A stretch of 64,000 bases of DNA, from positions 73,340,814 to 73,404,813 of the forward strand of contig NC_068986.1 in the NCBI RefSeq assembly GCF_001194135.2, in the 5' to 3' direction. Shown here piece after piece: positions 12,735 to 26,206 of this stretch. Position numbers and translations under genes: made by a program. Origin of the DNA: Octopus bimaculoides (taxonomy: Eukaryota). Position 1 is the first letter of the stretch. Each line of letters begins with the position of its first letter. The notes beneath the pieces were generated by a model. It was not told the origin of the DNA and did no database searches. It worked only from the letters and a program-made list of their open reading frames with translations.

Positions 12735-13160
12735 ATAATAATGGTATTCTTATATAAGCTTACAGCTTATGCTGATCACCGTGCAATAACTAAAGAAAAT
12801 AGTCTAATAAAGGGGCATATAAGCCCCCCGACAGAAAAAAGAAGGCTTTCTGCATGGGAGTCGAACCCACATACCTTTGTTAATGCAACTGTGTTACCTT
12901 TACACCAGTGAATCAGCCTCCCTTTTCCTGTTAAATTTAAGAACTATAATAATTTGTGCTTGTTTTTTTATATGTAAACAAACTTTCTATATACTTTTGG
13001 TGCAAATGTTTTTTTATATGGTGCCACTTTTATGGCGATGTGGGTTCAACTTCCACACGGATAAGAAAACCTTTTTTCTGCCTCTCTATTAGACTATTTT
13101 CTTTAGTCATTGCATGGTGATCGCCATAAGCTTTAAGGTTATATAAAAATGCCATTATTA
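12735..13160. repeat. Long inverted repeat, about 125-bp arms
   Basis: 12735-12872 aligns to the reverse complement of 13040-13160 (shared aaagaaaatagtctaata, gatcacc, gaacccacat). Confidence 0.85.
12847..12914 (-). pseudogene. tRNA-like remnant (probable head of a minor SINE)
   Basis: Minus strand D-arm GTGT-aaaggta-ACAC and T-arm GTGGG-TTCGACT-CCCAT; acceptor and anticodon stems do not pair. Confidence 0.55.
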
Positions 13161-13269
13161 ATATATATATATATATATACACAATGCCCCCTTCATTTCT
13201 CCCTCCAATTCCACCTCCAATGGCCCTTCCTCTCTCAAAATTCCTTGTTTTGCAAGTTACTTGGTAACC

Positions 13270-13780
13270 CCACTGGTGTTGGTGTCATGTAAAAAGCATC
13301 CAGTTCACACTGTAAAGTGGTTGGCATTTGGAAGGGCATCCAGCCATAAAAACCAAGCCAAAATAGACAGTAGCCTGGGTTAGTCTTCTACCTGGCTGGC
13401 TTCCGTCAAACTGCTCAACCCATGCCTGTATGGAAGGTGGATGTTAAATGATGATGATGAATATGGTTCAGGTGTGTGGCTATGTGGAAAGAAGCTTGTT
13501 TTCCATCCACATGGTCCTGAGTTCAGTCCTATTGCATGGCACCTTAGGCAAGTGTTTTCTGTTGTAGCCTTGTAAGTGGATTTGGTAAACAGAAACTGAA
13601 AGATGTCTCTCATGTGTGTTTGTATATATATATGTGTGTGTGTCTTTGTGTCTGTGTTTGTCCTCCAGCTACCACTTGACAGCAAGCACTGGGGTTGATT
13701 CCTTTGACTAAAGTTCTTTGAGGCAGTGCCCCAGCATGGCTGTAGTCTAATGACTGACACAAGTAAAAAGATAAAATAGA
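13270..13780 (+). mobile_element. Family C element followed head-to-tail by a family A SINE
   Basis: Family C to the (GAT)n at about 13458, then gtgtggctatgtgg head to gactgacacaagtaaaaag. Confidence 0.7.
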
Positions 13781-14061
13781 GAAAAAAACATATGTTCTAG
13801 ATTTAAGGTTTGTAAAAGCTTTATACTTTTTGTAAATTTACCTTGTAATAACGACAAGTGTGTTGCAGTATTTAAATATATAGTTGTTAAGTACAGTTTA
13901 TACTTCATTTGGTCCATATATCGATGAAGCTTTTTGACATTGTTAAACCTCTGTACTAAAAAATATTTGGCCATTATATATTTATGTTATTTAACTCAAT
14001 TAATTTTTGAAAATAAAGAATTTCATAAAATAACTGTCATTATTAAGGTGATGATGTAAAG

Positions 14062-14462
14062 TAGTAAGCTAGCAAAATCGTTAGCACGCTGGACAAAATG
14101 CTTAGTGGCATTTCGCCCTTCACTATGTTCTGAGTTTAAAAATTCTGCTGAGATCAACTTTGCTTTCATCCTTTCAGGGTTGATAAAATAAGTACCAGTT
14201 GAGTTCTTGGGCTGATGTGATCGACTGTCACCTCCCCCAAATTTCAGGTCTTGTGCTTAAAGTAGAAAGGGTTATTAAGGTGAGCTGATAGAATTGTTAG
14301 CACACTGGGCAAAATGGTTAGTGGTATTTTGTCCGTCTTTCTGTTCTGAGTTCAAACTCTACTGAGGTCGACTTAGCCTTTCTTCCTTTTGGGATAAAAT
14401 AAGTACCAGTTGAGCACTGGGATTGATGTAATCGACTTACCCACTCCCTGAAGCTGCTGGCC
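14062..14462 (+). mobile_element. Two tandem family D SINE-like copies
   Basis: Repeated gctggcagaatcgttagcac...ctgagttcaaa...gataaaataagtaccagttgag module. Confidence 0.75.
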
Positions 14463-15775
14463 TTATTATGCTGATGTATGAAACATAGATTAAAATGAAA
14501 TGTCGTTGGAAGGTTCTAATTTAGATAAATTTAAAACAAAATGTTTATACTATGGAATCATGGGTAGTTTTGGGCAGGTTGATATCAAAAGGGTTACCAT
14601 TGACTTCACTCAGTTAACATCACAGATATTTGACTTCAAAATCATACAGTCAAGTATTTGTTTGAATACTTATAGCCATAGTCTTCTTTTCCAGCCTTTT
14701 ACTAACTTCATCCAACTTAATAATACACAGCTTATTTTTAGAAGTTGGTCCAAAGAATTCATGAGGAGAATGTCACACACCACTAAATATAAAATTGACT
14801 TTTGATTGTGTAACAACAGAGCAGGATAATTCTCCATGAAGCACCAAAACTCTGACATGAATCAGTAGTGTGGCCATCTGGACTGAGTTATGTATCACTG
14901 CTCTAACTATATTTCTCAACCTGAGATGTTGTCTTTCATATTTTCTTTCCTACCTGTTAAGTTTCCCTCTGTCATTTCTTGACTCACCCTTCTTTTAAAT
15001 TCACTTATTCACTCCACTACTCCATTCAGATGAATTTCTACTCTCTTTCTCTTCTTTCTATTTCCCACCACTTTTAATCATGCCTTTTAATTCTTACAAC
15101 AATGGGGTCCCTACACAGTTGTTTCAACCTGGTAGTGATAGCTGCCAAACCTCTTTTAAAGCCACATCCCAAGTTTTTTCAAAAAAGAAAAAAAAGTAAT
15201 GTGGTGTAGTCCTAGGTATGCCTGAGAAGACAAAAGGGTCACAGCTGGAATGCTTTTGATCATAAATTTGCTCCATTAGGGCTGGCCTGGAGTTAACAAT
15301 ATTCAGCAGTTCTTTACTCCCCTCTTTACCTGTTCCATTGCATTCTTTGTCATGTCAAACCACACCATACCACACACACCAAATCACATCATGCCACCAT
15401 TTGCTCCGCTCTATTTACTTTTTCATTAACACCAGTTGTTCACACCTACTTCCGTAACCGTTAAACATCTAACAATAACCCTCACCTCACAGACACACAC
15501 CAGAGAATGGTTGCTTGTTGTGACAGACAGATTGCAGATAATCAGTAGTATCTATCATTTAAGTGACCCTGGCTTGATTATCCAGGTGAAACCCTGCAGC
15601 CAATAAACCAAATGACTTCATTAAAAAGGAAAATCAGTATTAGCTGATTACAATCATTTCTAATTTTGGCACAAAGCCACCACTTTTAAGGGAATACAGC
15701 TTGTTTATAACAGAACCTTCTTGTATTTGATTGGTTCTTTATTTTATCAATTCCAAAAGAATGGCAGGCGAAGTT

Positions 15776-16058
15776 GGCCTTGCCCACACTTGAAGCTACA
15801 AAATAAAGAAATACTACAAGACACTACCTCCCCACCCCCTGACACTCTAATGATTTTGCCATCTTGGAATAATCCATTTAGAATACATCTATACTGTTAT
15901 ATTGCTTTATTTTGTAATAATGTTATTATACATTCTTCCAGAGTATAGATGTATTTTAAAGAGGTTATTCCAAGATGGCAAAATCATTAGGGTGTCAGTG
16001 AAAGGGGTAATGTCTTGCAATAATTCTTTGATTTTGTCACTTCAAATCCAGGCAAGGT
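15776..16058. repeat. Inverted repeat, about 118-bp arms with a 45-nt spacer
   Basis: ctaatgattttgccatcttggaataa...aatacatctatac mirrored by gtatagatgtatt...ttattccaagatggcaaaatcattag. Confidence 0.8.
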
Positions 16059-17348
16059 TAATTCTCTCAGTAAGGGTTGTAGAACCATCATAGTTGAGAA
16101 GGAGAGGAAAGGAAGATTCTGAAAAATTGGTGGAGATTGGCAAAGGACTAAAATAATCAGATGCAGTTTCAGACTGTAGAGGTCTTACAGATCATGTGAT
16201 GAATGTGGAGTCATCCGTTATGGTTTGGATGAGGATATTGGAGGAATTGAATTGGTTAAGAGCTGTCAAGCTTGTAAGTTCTATAGGCTGTGATTTTTAC
16301 CTGAACTTTGCACATAAAAGAATGACTAGCATTTGATCTGCCTGAACCTTCTCACATTCAGATTACTTCATCAAATGTAAAGCTTATTCATTCATGTTGT
16401 TTTGAATTAATCATGCATTATCTCATAGCTTCAAGATTTCGATGATTTGATTGTTTAGTTTTAGAATGACTTTGCAGGGGAGATGCGAGAGGCCAGGTCT
16501 GATCAGTTTTGAACATAATGCAGGTTGAATATTTGGGCTGGATGTGGCCAATTTAAATGATAAAGGATTAAGGCAGTTGGCTCTCATTGTTTCTTATATC
16601 TGAAGGGCCACAAGTTGACAGAATTATTACTGTGGTGGATGAAATGTTTAGCAGTATTTCTTCCAGCTCTTTATGTTCTGAGTTCAAATGCCACTGAAAT
16701 CAACATTGCCTTTCATCCTTTCAGGTTTTGATAAAATAAGTACCAGTTGAGACTCAGGTCGAATAAATCAGCTTCTTCCTCCCTTCAAAATTGCTGGTCT
16801 TATGTCGAAATTAGAAAGAAATGTTTCCTACAGCTGTGTGATTGAGTGAGGCTGTGGCGATGGAAACAATTTTAGCCTTGGCTTAACTGATGATGATGAT
16901 GATGGTGATGATGACAGGATAATGATGACGAATGTGATGATTGGAGACATTGATGATGATGATGATGACAGTAATGTTGTCAATACTTGCTGATAACAGT
17001 TCTAGCCATCACAGTAATAATAGGTAAACTAAAAATAAAATAAGACAAAAAGTTTATTGCCAATGGCCAAAATGGTATTGACAACAATTAGAACCAAAAA
17101 AAAAAGAAACAAATGAAAACTGGTCAAAGAAAGGAAAAAATTAAAAAAGCAAAATTAAAAAATAGTGAAGTGTAAAACATAAAAATGGCATACAAATATC
17201 AATAATGTCCAGTCTCTTGGAACTCATTGAAAATGGTGAGAACTATTGCCAGATTTAAGATTACTCCTACTTAAGTATTTTTTAACATGTTAAGCATTTC
17301 TTTATATCATTGAAAAGAAATCCATTGTTGAAACTCAGAGAGAAGGCA

Positions 17349-17354
<6 letters not shown>

Positions 17355-17420
<66 letters not shown>
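17355..17420. repeat. (AG)n microsatellite
   Basis: Perfect ag run. Confidence 0.95.
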
Positions 17421-17421
<1 letters not shown>

Positions 17422-17498
17422 AGAAGGAGAGAGAGATAGAAAAGTAAGGAGTTGGTGTTTATTAATAGCCATAATTTTAAAATGTTGCATTTCTTCAG

Positions 17499-17533
17499 GT
17501 TGTTTGGTTAGGAAGGAAGGAGAAAGCAAGAAG
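17499..17533 (+). CDS. Candidate 35-nt internal exon (VVWLGRKEKAR)
   Basis: Acceptor gttgcatttcttcag and donor AAG|gtaaat; no homology recognised. Confidence 0.3.
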
Positions 17534-17879
17534 GTAAATGCGATATTTTGATGCTTCAGACAAGAATGGCCATGTGATTCTAGACATCTGTGCCATAAAA
17601 ACAAACAAACAAACAAAAAGAGCTGACCATTTGGTGTTTTGTAGATCAGTAGACAGAGCCACGTATATATACATACACATACTATTTGTAGAAACAATAG
17701 AATACTGAACACTATTTCAGGTTCAAATCTCAGTAGGGTTGACTTTACAATTTCTCTGGTCAGGATCAATGACATAAGTACCAGTAATATTCCTGGCAGA
17801 TTGAATCAGCTATAGCCCCTTCCTACAAAAAAATTAAATTGTTGTCCCTATTAAATACTTATAGCAGTGTATATAAATT

Positions 17880-18345
17880 CCAGGTGCCACATAAGAAGCA
17901 CCTGTGCCAGTGCCATGTAAAAAGCACCCAACACACTCTGTATAATGGTTGGCATTAGGAAGGGCATCCTGTCATAGAAACCATGCCAAAACAGACAAAT
18001 GGAGTTGGGCAGCTCTCCAGCTGGTCAGCTCCTGTCAAACTATCTGACCCATGCTAGCATGGAAAATGGACGTTAAATGATGATAATTTGAAATTTAAAA
18101 TATCACTTAGTTCTGAACCCTTTTCACGTGCCGATGCCATGTAAAAAGCACCCAGCATACTCTGTAAAGTGGTTGGTATTAAGAAGGGCATCCAACTGTA
18201 GAAACTTTGCCAAAACAGACATTAGAAAGCTGGGCAGCTCTCCGGCTGACCAGCTTCTGTGAAATCATCCAAACCATGCCAGTATGGAAAACAGACGTTA
18301 AATGATTTGAAATTTAGAATATCACTTAGTTGGGAACTCTTTTGA
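17880..18345 (+). repeat. Tandem duplication of a family C element plus about 40 bp of flank
   Basis: Both copies end gacgttaaatgat...ttgaaattta(a/g)aatatcacttagtt. Confidence 0.7.
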
Positions 18346-19653
18346 TATCTGTCTCAGACAACTCCTAGTTCTATGAAAACAAATTTCCTGTTTTAAAGTA
18401 ATCCACCCTAAAAACATGCTGTATGATGCATCTTCTATCAGTTACTTGTTTCCTTCATTCGACTGTGGCCATGCTGGGGTACTACCTCGGAGTGTTCAGT
18501 CAAGCAAATTGACTCCAATAAATATTTTAGTTTCTAAGTCTGGTTCATTGGCCAGTTTTTCTGATCTGCTAAGTCACAGGGACATAAAGAAACCAACGCC
18601 AGTTATTAAGTGGTGGAAAAGACAAACAGAAACACATGCACACATATACACATACGATGGGCTTCCACACTGTTTCCATCTATGAAGTTCACTCGCATCT
18701 TCAGTTTTACTTTAGAAAATCATGTAGTACAAACTTTTACAGATGCTTATTTCTCTGGAAACTTCACAGATATTTGTCTTTTATTAGTTTTAGTCATTAA
18801 ATTGTGGCTATGCTGGAGTACCGCCTTGAAAAAGTTTTAGTCAAATGAATCTATCTCTGTACATTTTGTTTTAAGTCTGGTTCTTATTCTATCGATCACT
18901 TTTGCCAAACTGCTAAGTTACGGGGACGTAAACACACCAACACTGGTTGTCAAGCAGTTGTGACAACAGACACACGTACACATGCACACATGCATGCACA
19001 CACACACACACACACTTCTGTCCACAGTTTCTGTTTACCAAATCCAGCCATAAGGCTTTGGTCAGCTTCAGGCTATAGTAAAACACACTTATCCCAAGGT
19101 ACCACACAGTGGGACTGAACCTGGAACCATGTGGTTGGGAAGCAAATGTCTTACCACATTGCCATGCAGATCACAGCATATATTTTACACTATGTGATTG
19201 TTGTCTTTTATAGTGGAAGGTCGTCCAAATTCAAAATCACTTTTGGTAGATATTTTTCTTGATTCAAAATGCTTGTACTACTTGTGACATTGCATATGGC
19301 TCAAAGAGTTCTTCCCATAGGGTTGTTGCAACATTAGAACAGTCTCAGTAAAAGATTTTTCTCAGCTTGAAATACAATTTCACACAAACTATTAATTTTT
19401 CCAAATGCTTTTATTGTTAAACAAGTCCTCCTATGCACATATTCAGTCAACACATGTAAATCAATGACTGATTGATGTAGTTTTGATACGAATATTATTA
19501 GACAGATCAAAAGCACCCATTTATCGTGCTGCAGTCACAAGCATGCTGTGCCAGCTTGTTTGCATACCATTTTAAAAGCTCAGTTTCTTTTTCAGTAGAC
19601 TTTGTATATTTATCTGTGTGTGTGTATTTTGTGTAATTTGTATGCGTAATTTA

Positions 19654-20056
19654 TAGGCGCAGGAGTGGCTGTGTGGTAAGTAGCTTGCTTACCAACCACA
19701 TGGTTCTGGGTTCAGTCCCACTGCACCTTCGGCAAGTGTCTTCTACTATAGCCTTGGGCCGACCACAGCCTTATGAGTGGATTTGGTAGACAGAAACTGA
19801 AAGAAGCATATCGTATATATATATAAATATATATGTATGTGTGTGTATATGTTTGTGTGTCTGTGTTTGTCCCCCCAACTTCGCTTGACAACTGATGCTG
19901 GTGTGTTTACGTCCCCGTAACTAAAACGATTCAGCAAAAGAGACCGATAGAATAAGTACTAGGCTTACAAAGAATAAGTCCTGGGGTCGATTTGCTCGAC
20001 TAAAGGCGGTGCTCCAGCATGGCCGCAGTCAAATGACTGAAACAAGTAAAAGAGTA
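19654..20056 (+). mobile_element. SINE family A, near full length
   Basis: taggcgcaggagtggctgtgtggtaag...ggttcagtcccac...gactgaaacaagtaaaagagta. Confidence 0.9.
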
Positions 20057-20509
20057 TATTAACCAACTTTTAATGACTTAATACACAATATTAATATTAT
20101 TATTATTATTTAAATATTATGTATTCATATTACATATATGATATTTGTTTATTTTATTTTATTACATTGCCATTGGTGATGAATATTAAACTTATAAATG
20201 ATTTGACTAAACGTTAATTTATTTTAAATCTGATTTGTCTCCAATTTGAATTTAATGCAAGTGTCATATTTGTGATATGATGGTAAAATCTTGTTTTCTA
20301 TATTTCCATATCTCATCATATTTTAGAAAGTTTTTATTTACTTTGGGATGATGTTAAACAGATGAAATTTCAACAAAATAAATCTCAATTCCTTCTTTAA
20401 ATATAACTAATTGTAATCCGTATAAAATTGATATTTTATAATAGGAGAGAAATGTGTCTACATGGATGATGTGCACTTGCATTTAATGATTCTGCAAAGA
20501 AAGAGACTT

Positions 20510-21480
20510 GGAAATGCCATTAAGAAAGACTACTGAATTTGGAGAATGAATAGGAGGAGGAGAGTCTGCCAAATGTTGACCCAAATGAGGGACCAGCTAC
20601 CCAAATCGACAATATCTTGATAAAGTAATTAAGGATATGAAGACAGTGAAAGCCCCTGGCCCATCAGGAACCACTGCTGAGAGGCTTAAAATATCTAGAG
20701 GTGTGGGTTAAGGTCTAGTCATCCGTTTTGTAAATCAGGTGGTTCACGAAGAAGTCATACCCATGTTTCACTGCTGAGTATATGCTGTGATGGCTGAGGA
20801 CATACATAGGCTTGAAAGAAATAAAGCCATTATGCTTTGCTGGAGGTGCAATATCAGTGTACATGTTTGTCAGAGTGTAAGCATCTTGAGAGAAAAGTTG
20901 GGCATTAGAAGCATCAGATATAGTGTGAAAGAGAGATGACTGCTGGTATGGTCATATAATGCAGATGGATGAAGACAACTGTGTAAAGAAGAGTTGATAT
21001 CTAACTGTGGAGGGAACCTGTGGGATGAGGTGGTGAAGCATGATTTTTGAACTTTGGGCCTCACAGAGGCAATGACTAATGACTGAAACCTTTGGCAATA
21101 TGCTGTGTTTGAGAAGACCCATCAAGCCAAATGAAATTATAGTTGTGGCCAATGCTGGTGTCACGTAACTGGCACCTGTGCCAGTAGTATGTAGAAAGTA
21201 CCTTTTGAGCTTTGGGCCTCATGGAAGCAAAGTGGCTGAGTTGCTTTTGAGCATTGGGCCTCATGGAGGCAATGACTGAGACCTTTAGCATTATGTTGTG
21301 CTTGAGAAGAAGACCCATCAAGCCAAGTAAAATCACAGTCATGGCAGATACCAGTGTCATGTAAATGACACCCATAGAATCCATGCCAAATCAGCCTGGA
21401 GTCTGGTGCAACATTTCAGGTTGCCAGCCCTAGTCAAACTGTCCAACCCATGCCAGCATGGACAACAGATGTTAAATGAT
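20510..21480 (+). mobile_element. Internally deleted, degenerate RTE-type LINE with duplicated 3' end
   Basis: IKDMKTVKAPGPSG...VNQVVHEEVIP (start of the RT region) joined to the RERxLxWYGHxMxMDEDNCVK-type C-terminus; gagaagacccatcaagccaa occurs twice. Confidence 0.75.
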
Positions 21481-22782
21481 GATGATGATGTTGTCAGCCA
21501 TCCGTCACAGCAGAACTGATACCAGTGCTGGTGCCACATAAAAAGCATTTGTGCTGGCATCACATAAAAAGCACTCGGTACACTCTGAGGAGTGGTTGGC
21601 ATTAGGAAGGGCATCAAACCATTGAAACCATGCCAGAACAGACAATGGTGTCTGGTGGGGCCCCTGGCCTTACCAGCTCCGGTCAAACCATCCAACCCTT
21701 GCCAGCATGGAAAATAGGCATTAAATGATGATGATGAATGTACAAAGTCAAATACGTGCAGTACAGTGCCATATTCATTCTCTGAAACAAAGAGGCATTC
21801 TTTTTGTTTCTAGTCTCATTCGAAGTGAATACACAAATATTCACATACCTTTGTCTCTGTATGTTAGAGATATATTGGATACACTATTGCAATACAAGTT
21901 GATTGACATTTCTTAATCAACCCCCTCAAATGACTCAAAGGTCAATATTCCTTCTAATTCATAACATTGTCCACTAGAGTGTTCAACAATATTATTTTTC
22001 ACTTGTTTTGTATTCATATAGCCATACCTACATCACAGAAATAAGGCCACTTTTCACAAATATATAATTGAAATTGGTTGCTAACTATTAACTAAATACA
22101 GATCCATCTTTTATTAGAAGTGATTATATATCTAGAATGATACATGTTCTTACATTCAAGGTTTCATTCAAGGAAAACCTAATCATGTGTTAGACTCTGT
22201 AGATACACTTACCTAAGCTTGCTAATTAACATCCTCTGTAATCTCTTTTTCTTCTCATAAAACTCATTGTTTTCTGCCCCCACCAAATATTATTATAAGC
22301 CCTTTAACCTATTTTACTTTCCCACTGTTGCATCTATCTGTAAATTAAACACTGCCCTATCCCCATTAAGTTTCTTCTCAATCCTATCTGTGATTCTTTT
22401 CTTGCCAATATTTTCCTTTCAACAACGATGATTCAAATTACATCAATTGTTCTAATCTCACTTGAATATCTTTGTCTTCTAATCTAAGGACACCTGAAAT
22501 TCTAAGAGACCTCTCTCCCTTTACCATTCAAATAAGCAAAATTTTGTTTAGGGGTACCTCACAACGATGCTCAGCACTTTAACCTTCATAGCAGCTATTC
22601 TCCATAAACAATTCATTCAAGAGATAAAGGCTGACCTTCAAATGATTTATTGGATATGAGGTAGAAAAATCTATTTTTAAGTTTTTTACTTTGTTCATAA
22701 ATGCTGCATCAAGTGATACTTGAAAACAAAAATGATAATTTTAACTGGTCCTTTGTTAATGTAACCTTTTACATTTCTACAG

Positions 22783-22847
22783 AAGCATTGAGTCACTACT
22801 CAGCCGAAGAACAGCTTGATTGCACATATGTTGTTAGAGTGAAGTAG
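22783..22847 (+). CDS. Candidate terminal exon
   Basis: Strong acceptor ccttttacatttctacag; reads RSIESLLSRRTA* (stop 22819, in phase with the 17499 exon) or ALSHYSAEEQLDCTYVVRVK* (stop 22847); SINE-free AT-rich stretch follows. Confidence 0.3.
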
Positions 22848-24661
22848 GAATACAGCAACAATGCTGACAGTAATAGTAAAGAATTCTGTTGACATAAACC
22901 ACATATATTGAGCATAGTCAAGTAAAACTAATATAGTAAATTAAAAGAATGTTCTTGAACATTACAAAAATTGCTTGTGTATAATTTTTCCTTTTATTTC
23001 CTCAATGACAACTAAAAGTTAGATCATGATGGATCTTGTTGGTAAAATAATGCAATAATAATAATAATAATCACACAGCATGTAGTTTAAGAATACAAGT
23101 TAAGATACAACAGGATTGAAACATTCAAACTTTGCCTTGATTGTTTTCTAAAGTAAGAGGTGAAATTTACACTAAATGTGTTTGAGAAAATGTACATCGA
23201 TAATCAACTTGATAATTTATTTTGGAGAAATGCTTTGGAAAATATACATTAATATTTTCATATTTTGTGTTAATGGAATAATTTGTGTTGTAGAGTGTGT
23301 GGAAGCAGATAAATGGCCAGAGATAAAAAGAAAAGTGAGATAAACGAATTTAGACCAAAGTTAGCAAGAAGAGAGAAAATAAAATGTGATAGCAAAGTAA
23401 CAGCTTATATATATGGTTGGTTGTAAATGAAAATCAGAATCATAGACAGACATTTCTGGTGTCGGATGATGCCAAGAGCGAATGAAAAATATTTTTTTAC
23501 AATATAGTCCAAAAATGGCTCAGCTGAATACTAGTTTCTGATTGGTTAAAATAACACGCATGATAATGAGGAATCTAAAATGGCCATTTTTTTTTTTTTT
23601 GTCAGTCTAATAAAAAAAAAAATGTCTCACAGACAATTAGTCAGAACTGAAATTTCTGATTGATCAGAATAAATTGCATAAGATGAAACTAAAATATCAT
23701 CTGCATAAAAATCATAACACAAGTAAAAGAGCTGTTATCGTGAACTTGGCCAAAGTAAGAACATCTAAAATCTCTGTCTTCATTGCTCTAGATTAGTACT
23801 TTATTTTAATATCCCAGAAAGTTGAAAGGCAAAGTTGACTTTGGTGGGATTTGAACTCGGAACACAATGTACTAGAATTGTAATGCATTTTGTTTAATGC
23901 TCTGATTATTCTGTCAATTGTCTACCATGGTGTTACATTTGTAGAAAATCTATCTCACTAATAAAGCAATCATTTAAGAAATATTTGTAACAAGAGCAGA
24001 TATACATCTTTTAATGCTATCGTTGCTTGGCTTTAGGCCAGCTGTGCTTTGTGCAAACTTATGATCAAAGGTATTCCAGCCATGCCAGCCATGACCATTC
24101 ATCCTGTTTTATAAACATAGTTTTACCTTGGACTACATCATCCAATGATGCCTTTCTGTTTTAAGACAATATGGTGTAATTTGAGGGAGATTTGGTTGCT
24201 GTTTCTAGCAGGTCAAACGACTATGTAGCTTCATACCTATATATCTATATGAAGTGCTGGTATTATTCTCTGTTACTACACAGAATTTCATGAATATTGC
24301 CTTTACGTCATCAGCAATATTTGCGAAACTGGCAGAATAATCACGACACTATAAGAAATATCTATATTCTACTTCAATTTTAAGTACTTTTGCTTTTAAA
24401 CTATCACTCTCTCTCTCTCTTTCTATCTATCTATCTATCCATCTATCTATCTATCTCTCTTTCTCTCTCACACACTCATAGTCTTAGGTATTCCTTTTGT
24501 AGTAAGCATGCAATTTTATCGTTACTGTGAGCAGTAAACTAAGTGGACACACCAAAAATTTTTAATCTTGCCATGGCAAAAGAAAGTGGGATAGATCTGA
24601 CCAGTTTCTAGTTTTCTTGGAGCTTCATCAGCGAACAGTCTTCTCAATACAGAGAGAGATT

Positions 24662-25037
24662 TGTTGTTGGCACTCTGTCGCTTACGACGTTGAGGGTTCC
24701 AGTTGATCCGATCAACAGAACAGCCTGCTCGTGAAATTAACGTGCAAGTGGCTGAGCACTCCACAGACATGTGTACCCTTAACATAGTTCTCGGGGATAT
24801 TCAGCATGACACAGTGTGACAAGGCTGACCCTTTGAATTACAAGCACAACAGAAACAGGAAGTAAGAGAGGGTTGTGGTGAAAGAGTACAGCAGGGATCG
24901 CCACCATCCCCTGCCGGAGCCTCATGGAGCTTTAGGTGTTTTAGCTCAATAAACTCTCACAAGACCCGGTCTGGGAATCGAAACCGTGATCCTATAATCA
25001 CGAGTCTGCTGCCCTAACCACTGGGCCATTGCGCCTC
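24662..25037 (-). mobile_element. SINE family B, full length
   Basis: 14-bp TSD tacagagagagatt at 24648-24661 and 25038-25051; tRNA-like head. Confidence 0.92.
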
Positions 25038-25184
25038 TACAGAGAGAGATTAGTAGCTATTAATAGTATATGCAAACTCAGATACAGCTAAGCAAGTTTA
25101 TCTAATTTGCATAACAGTACATTCTTGGAGTCTGTGTTTACTTAGTTGATTAATCATGCTCTATACACTAGAAATTGGAGTGAT

Positions 25185-26206
25185 CCTATGTTTCTCACCT
25201 ATGGTGAGACGAAAAGATGCTGATGTACTGTTTAATTTTTTGCAGCAAACATTGACTGAAGAAAGAAAGCCAGAAACGACCCATCCTTTTTTACCCCATC
25301 CTTCTAATTGTTGTTTCTCTCGTCCGCCTTTTTATCGTCTATCTCTTCAAATGTTTTATTGTCCTCTATTGCATTTTAGTTCCATTTTTTTTGTATTTAT
25401 ATACACATATAGCGGTGTACGTACACACTTGTTCTCACCTTATAGTAAGTATGTATCTAAATTTTTTACGACTCTTTTACTCTATCTTTTAGTCCCCCTC
25501 ATACTTTCTTCCCCTTTTCTTTTTCTTGCTCCCCTTCTCTCTCATATTTCTTGACCCTTTCTTTCTTCAACTCCTACTTCTCCTCCTTGTTTATCTCCCC
25601 TGTACCTTTCCCTTTGTCTCTTTGATTTTTTCCTAATCCTTTAATCCTGCTGCCACCTACCCTTCTCTCCTTCCACATGATCAGTGTCCGGCCAGCCATA
25701 ATCTTTCTTTCTTGGCCTGACTGCTGGCCGCCAACACCTCTTATGTCCATCTCCTATGTTCCTGCCTTTAGGCTTTCACTTCATACACACCAGCTCACGT
25801 TGACTCGTTTTCAGTCGAAAGACACCTGTTGTTATATTCATGTTGTTTGTATTTGTAATTGTGTACCATGTTCTCCGTTTTTCATCTTTGTTCCCGTACA
25901 CATTTTCTAGCTTTCTTACAAAAAATCTAATGCTCTTAGCTTAGACTTTTTTGGGGATAACCAGATCGAACTGTCTCAAGTGTAACTGCCTGAAACAGTA
26001 AGGATATCTGGTAACTTGACTAAAGAAAGAAGGCCACGAATGACCCATCCTTTTTTTTCCCCTGTCCTTCTAATTGTTGTTTCTCCTGTCCGCCTTTGTA
26101 TTGTCTATCTGTCTGAATGTTTTATTGTCCTCTATAGAATTTTAGTTCCATTTTTTATATTTATATATCCATATAGCAGCATATGTACACACTTGTGCTC
26201 ACCTAT
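25185..26206 (+). mobile_element. Direct-repeat-bounded element (Penelope-like pLTR/retrozyme-like remnant)
   Basis: About 190-bp direct repeats 25251-25443 and 26016-26206 around a pyrimidine-rich core; decayed hammerhead-like motifs at 25256-25277 and 25787-25832. Confidence 0.5.

Noticed and set aside
19205-19580. Possible decayed transposase fragment
   Set aside because: No recognisable motif across the stops
24290-24325. CTGATGA inside an aatattg/caatatt hairpin; TTACGTCA CRE-like word
   Set aside because: No GAAA or stem III; a single short motif is uninformative
24575-24645. Minus-strand CTGATGA...GAAA motif
   Set aside because: Stem II and stem I do not pair; extra A in the core
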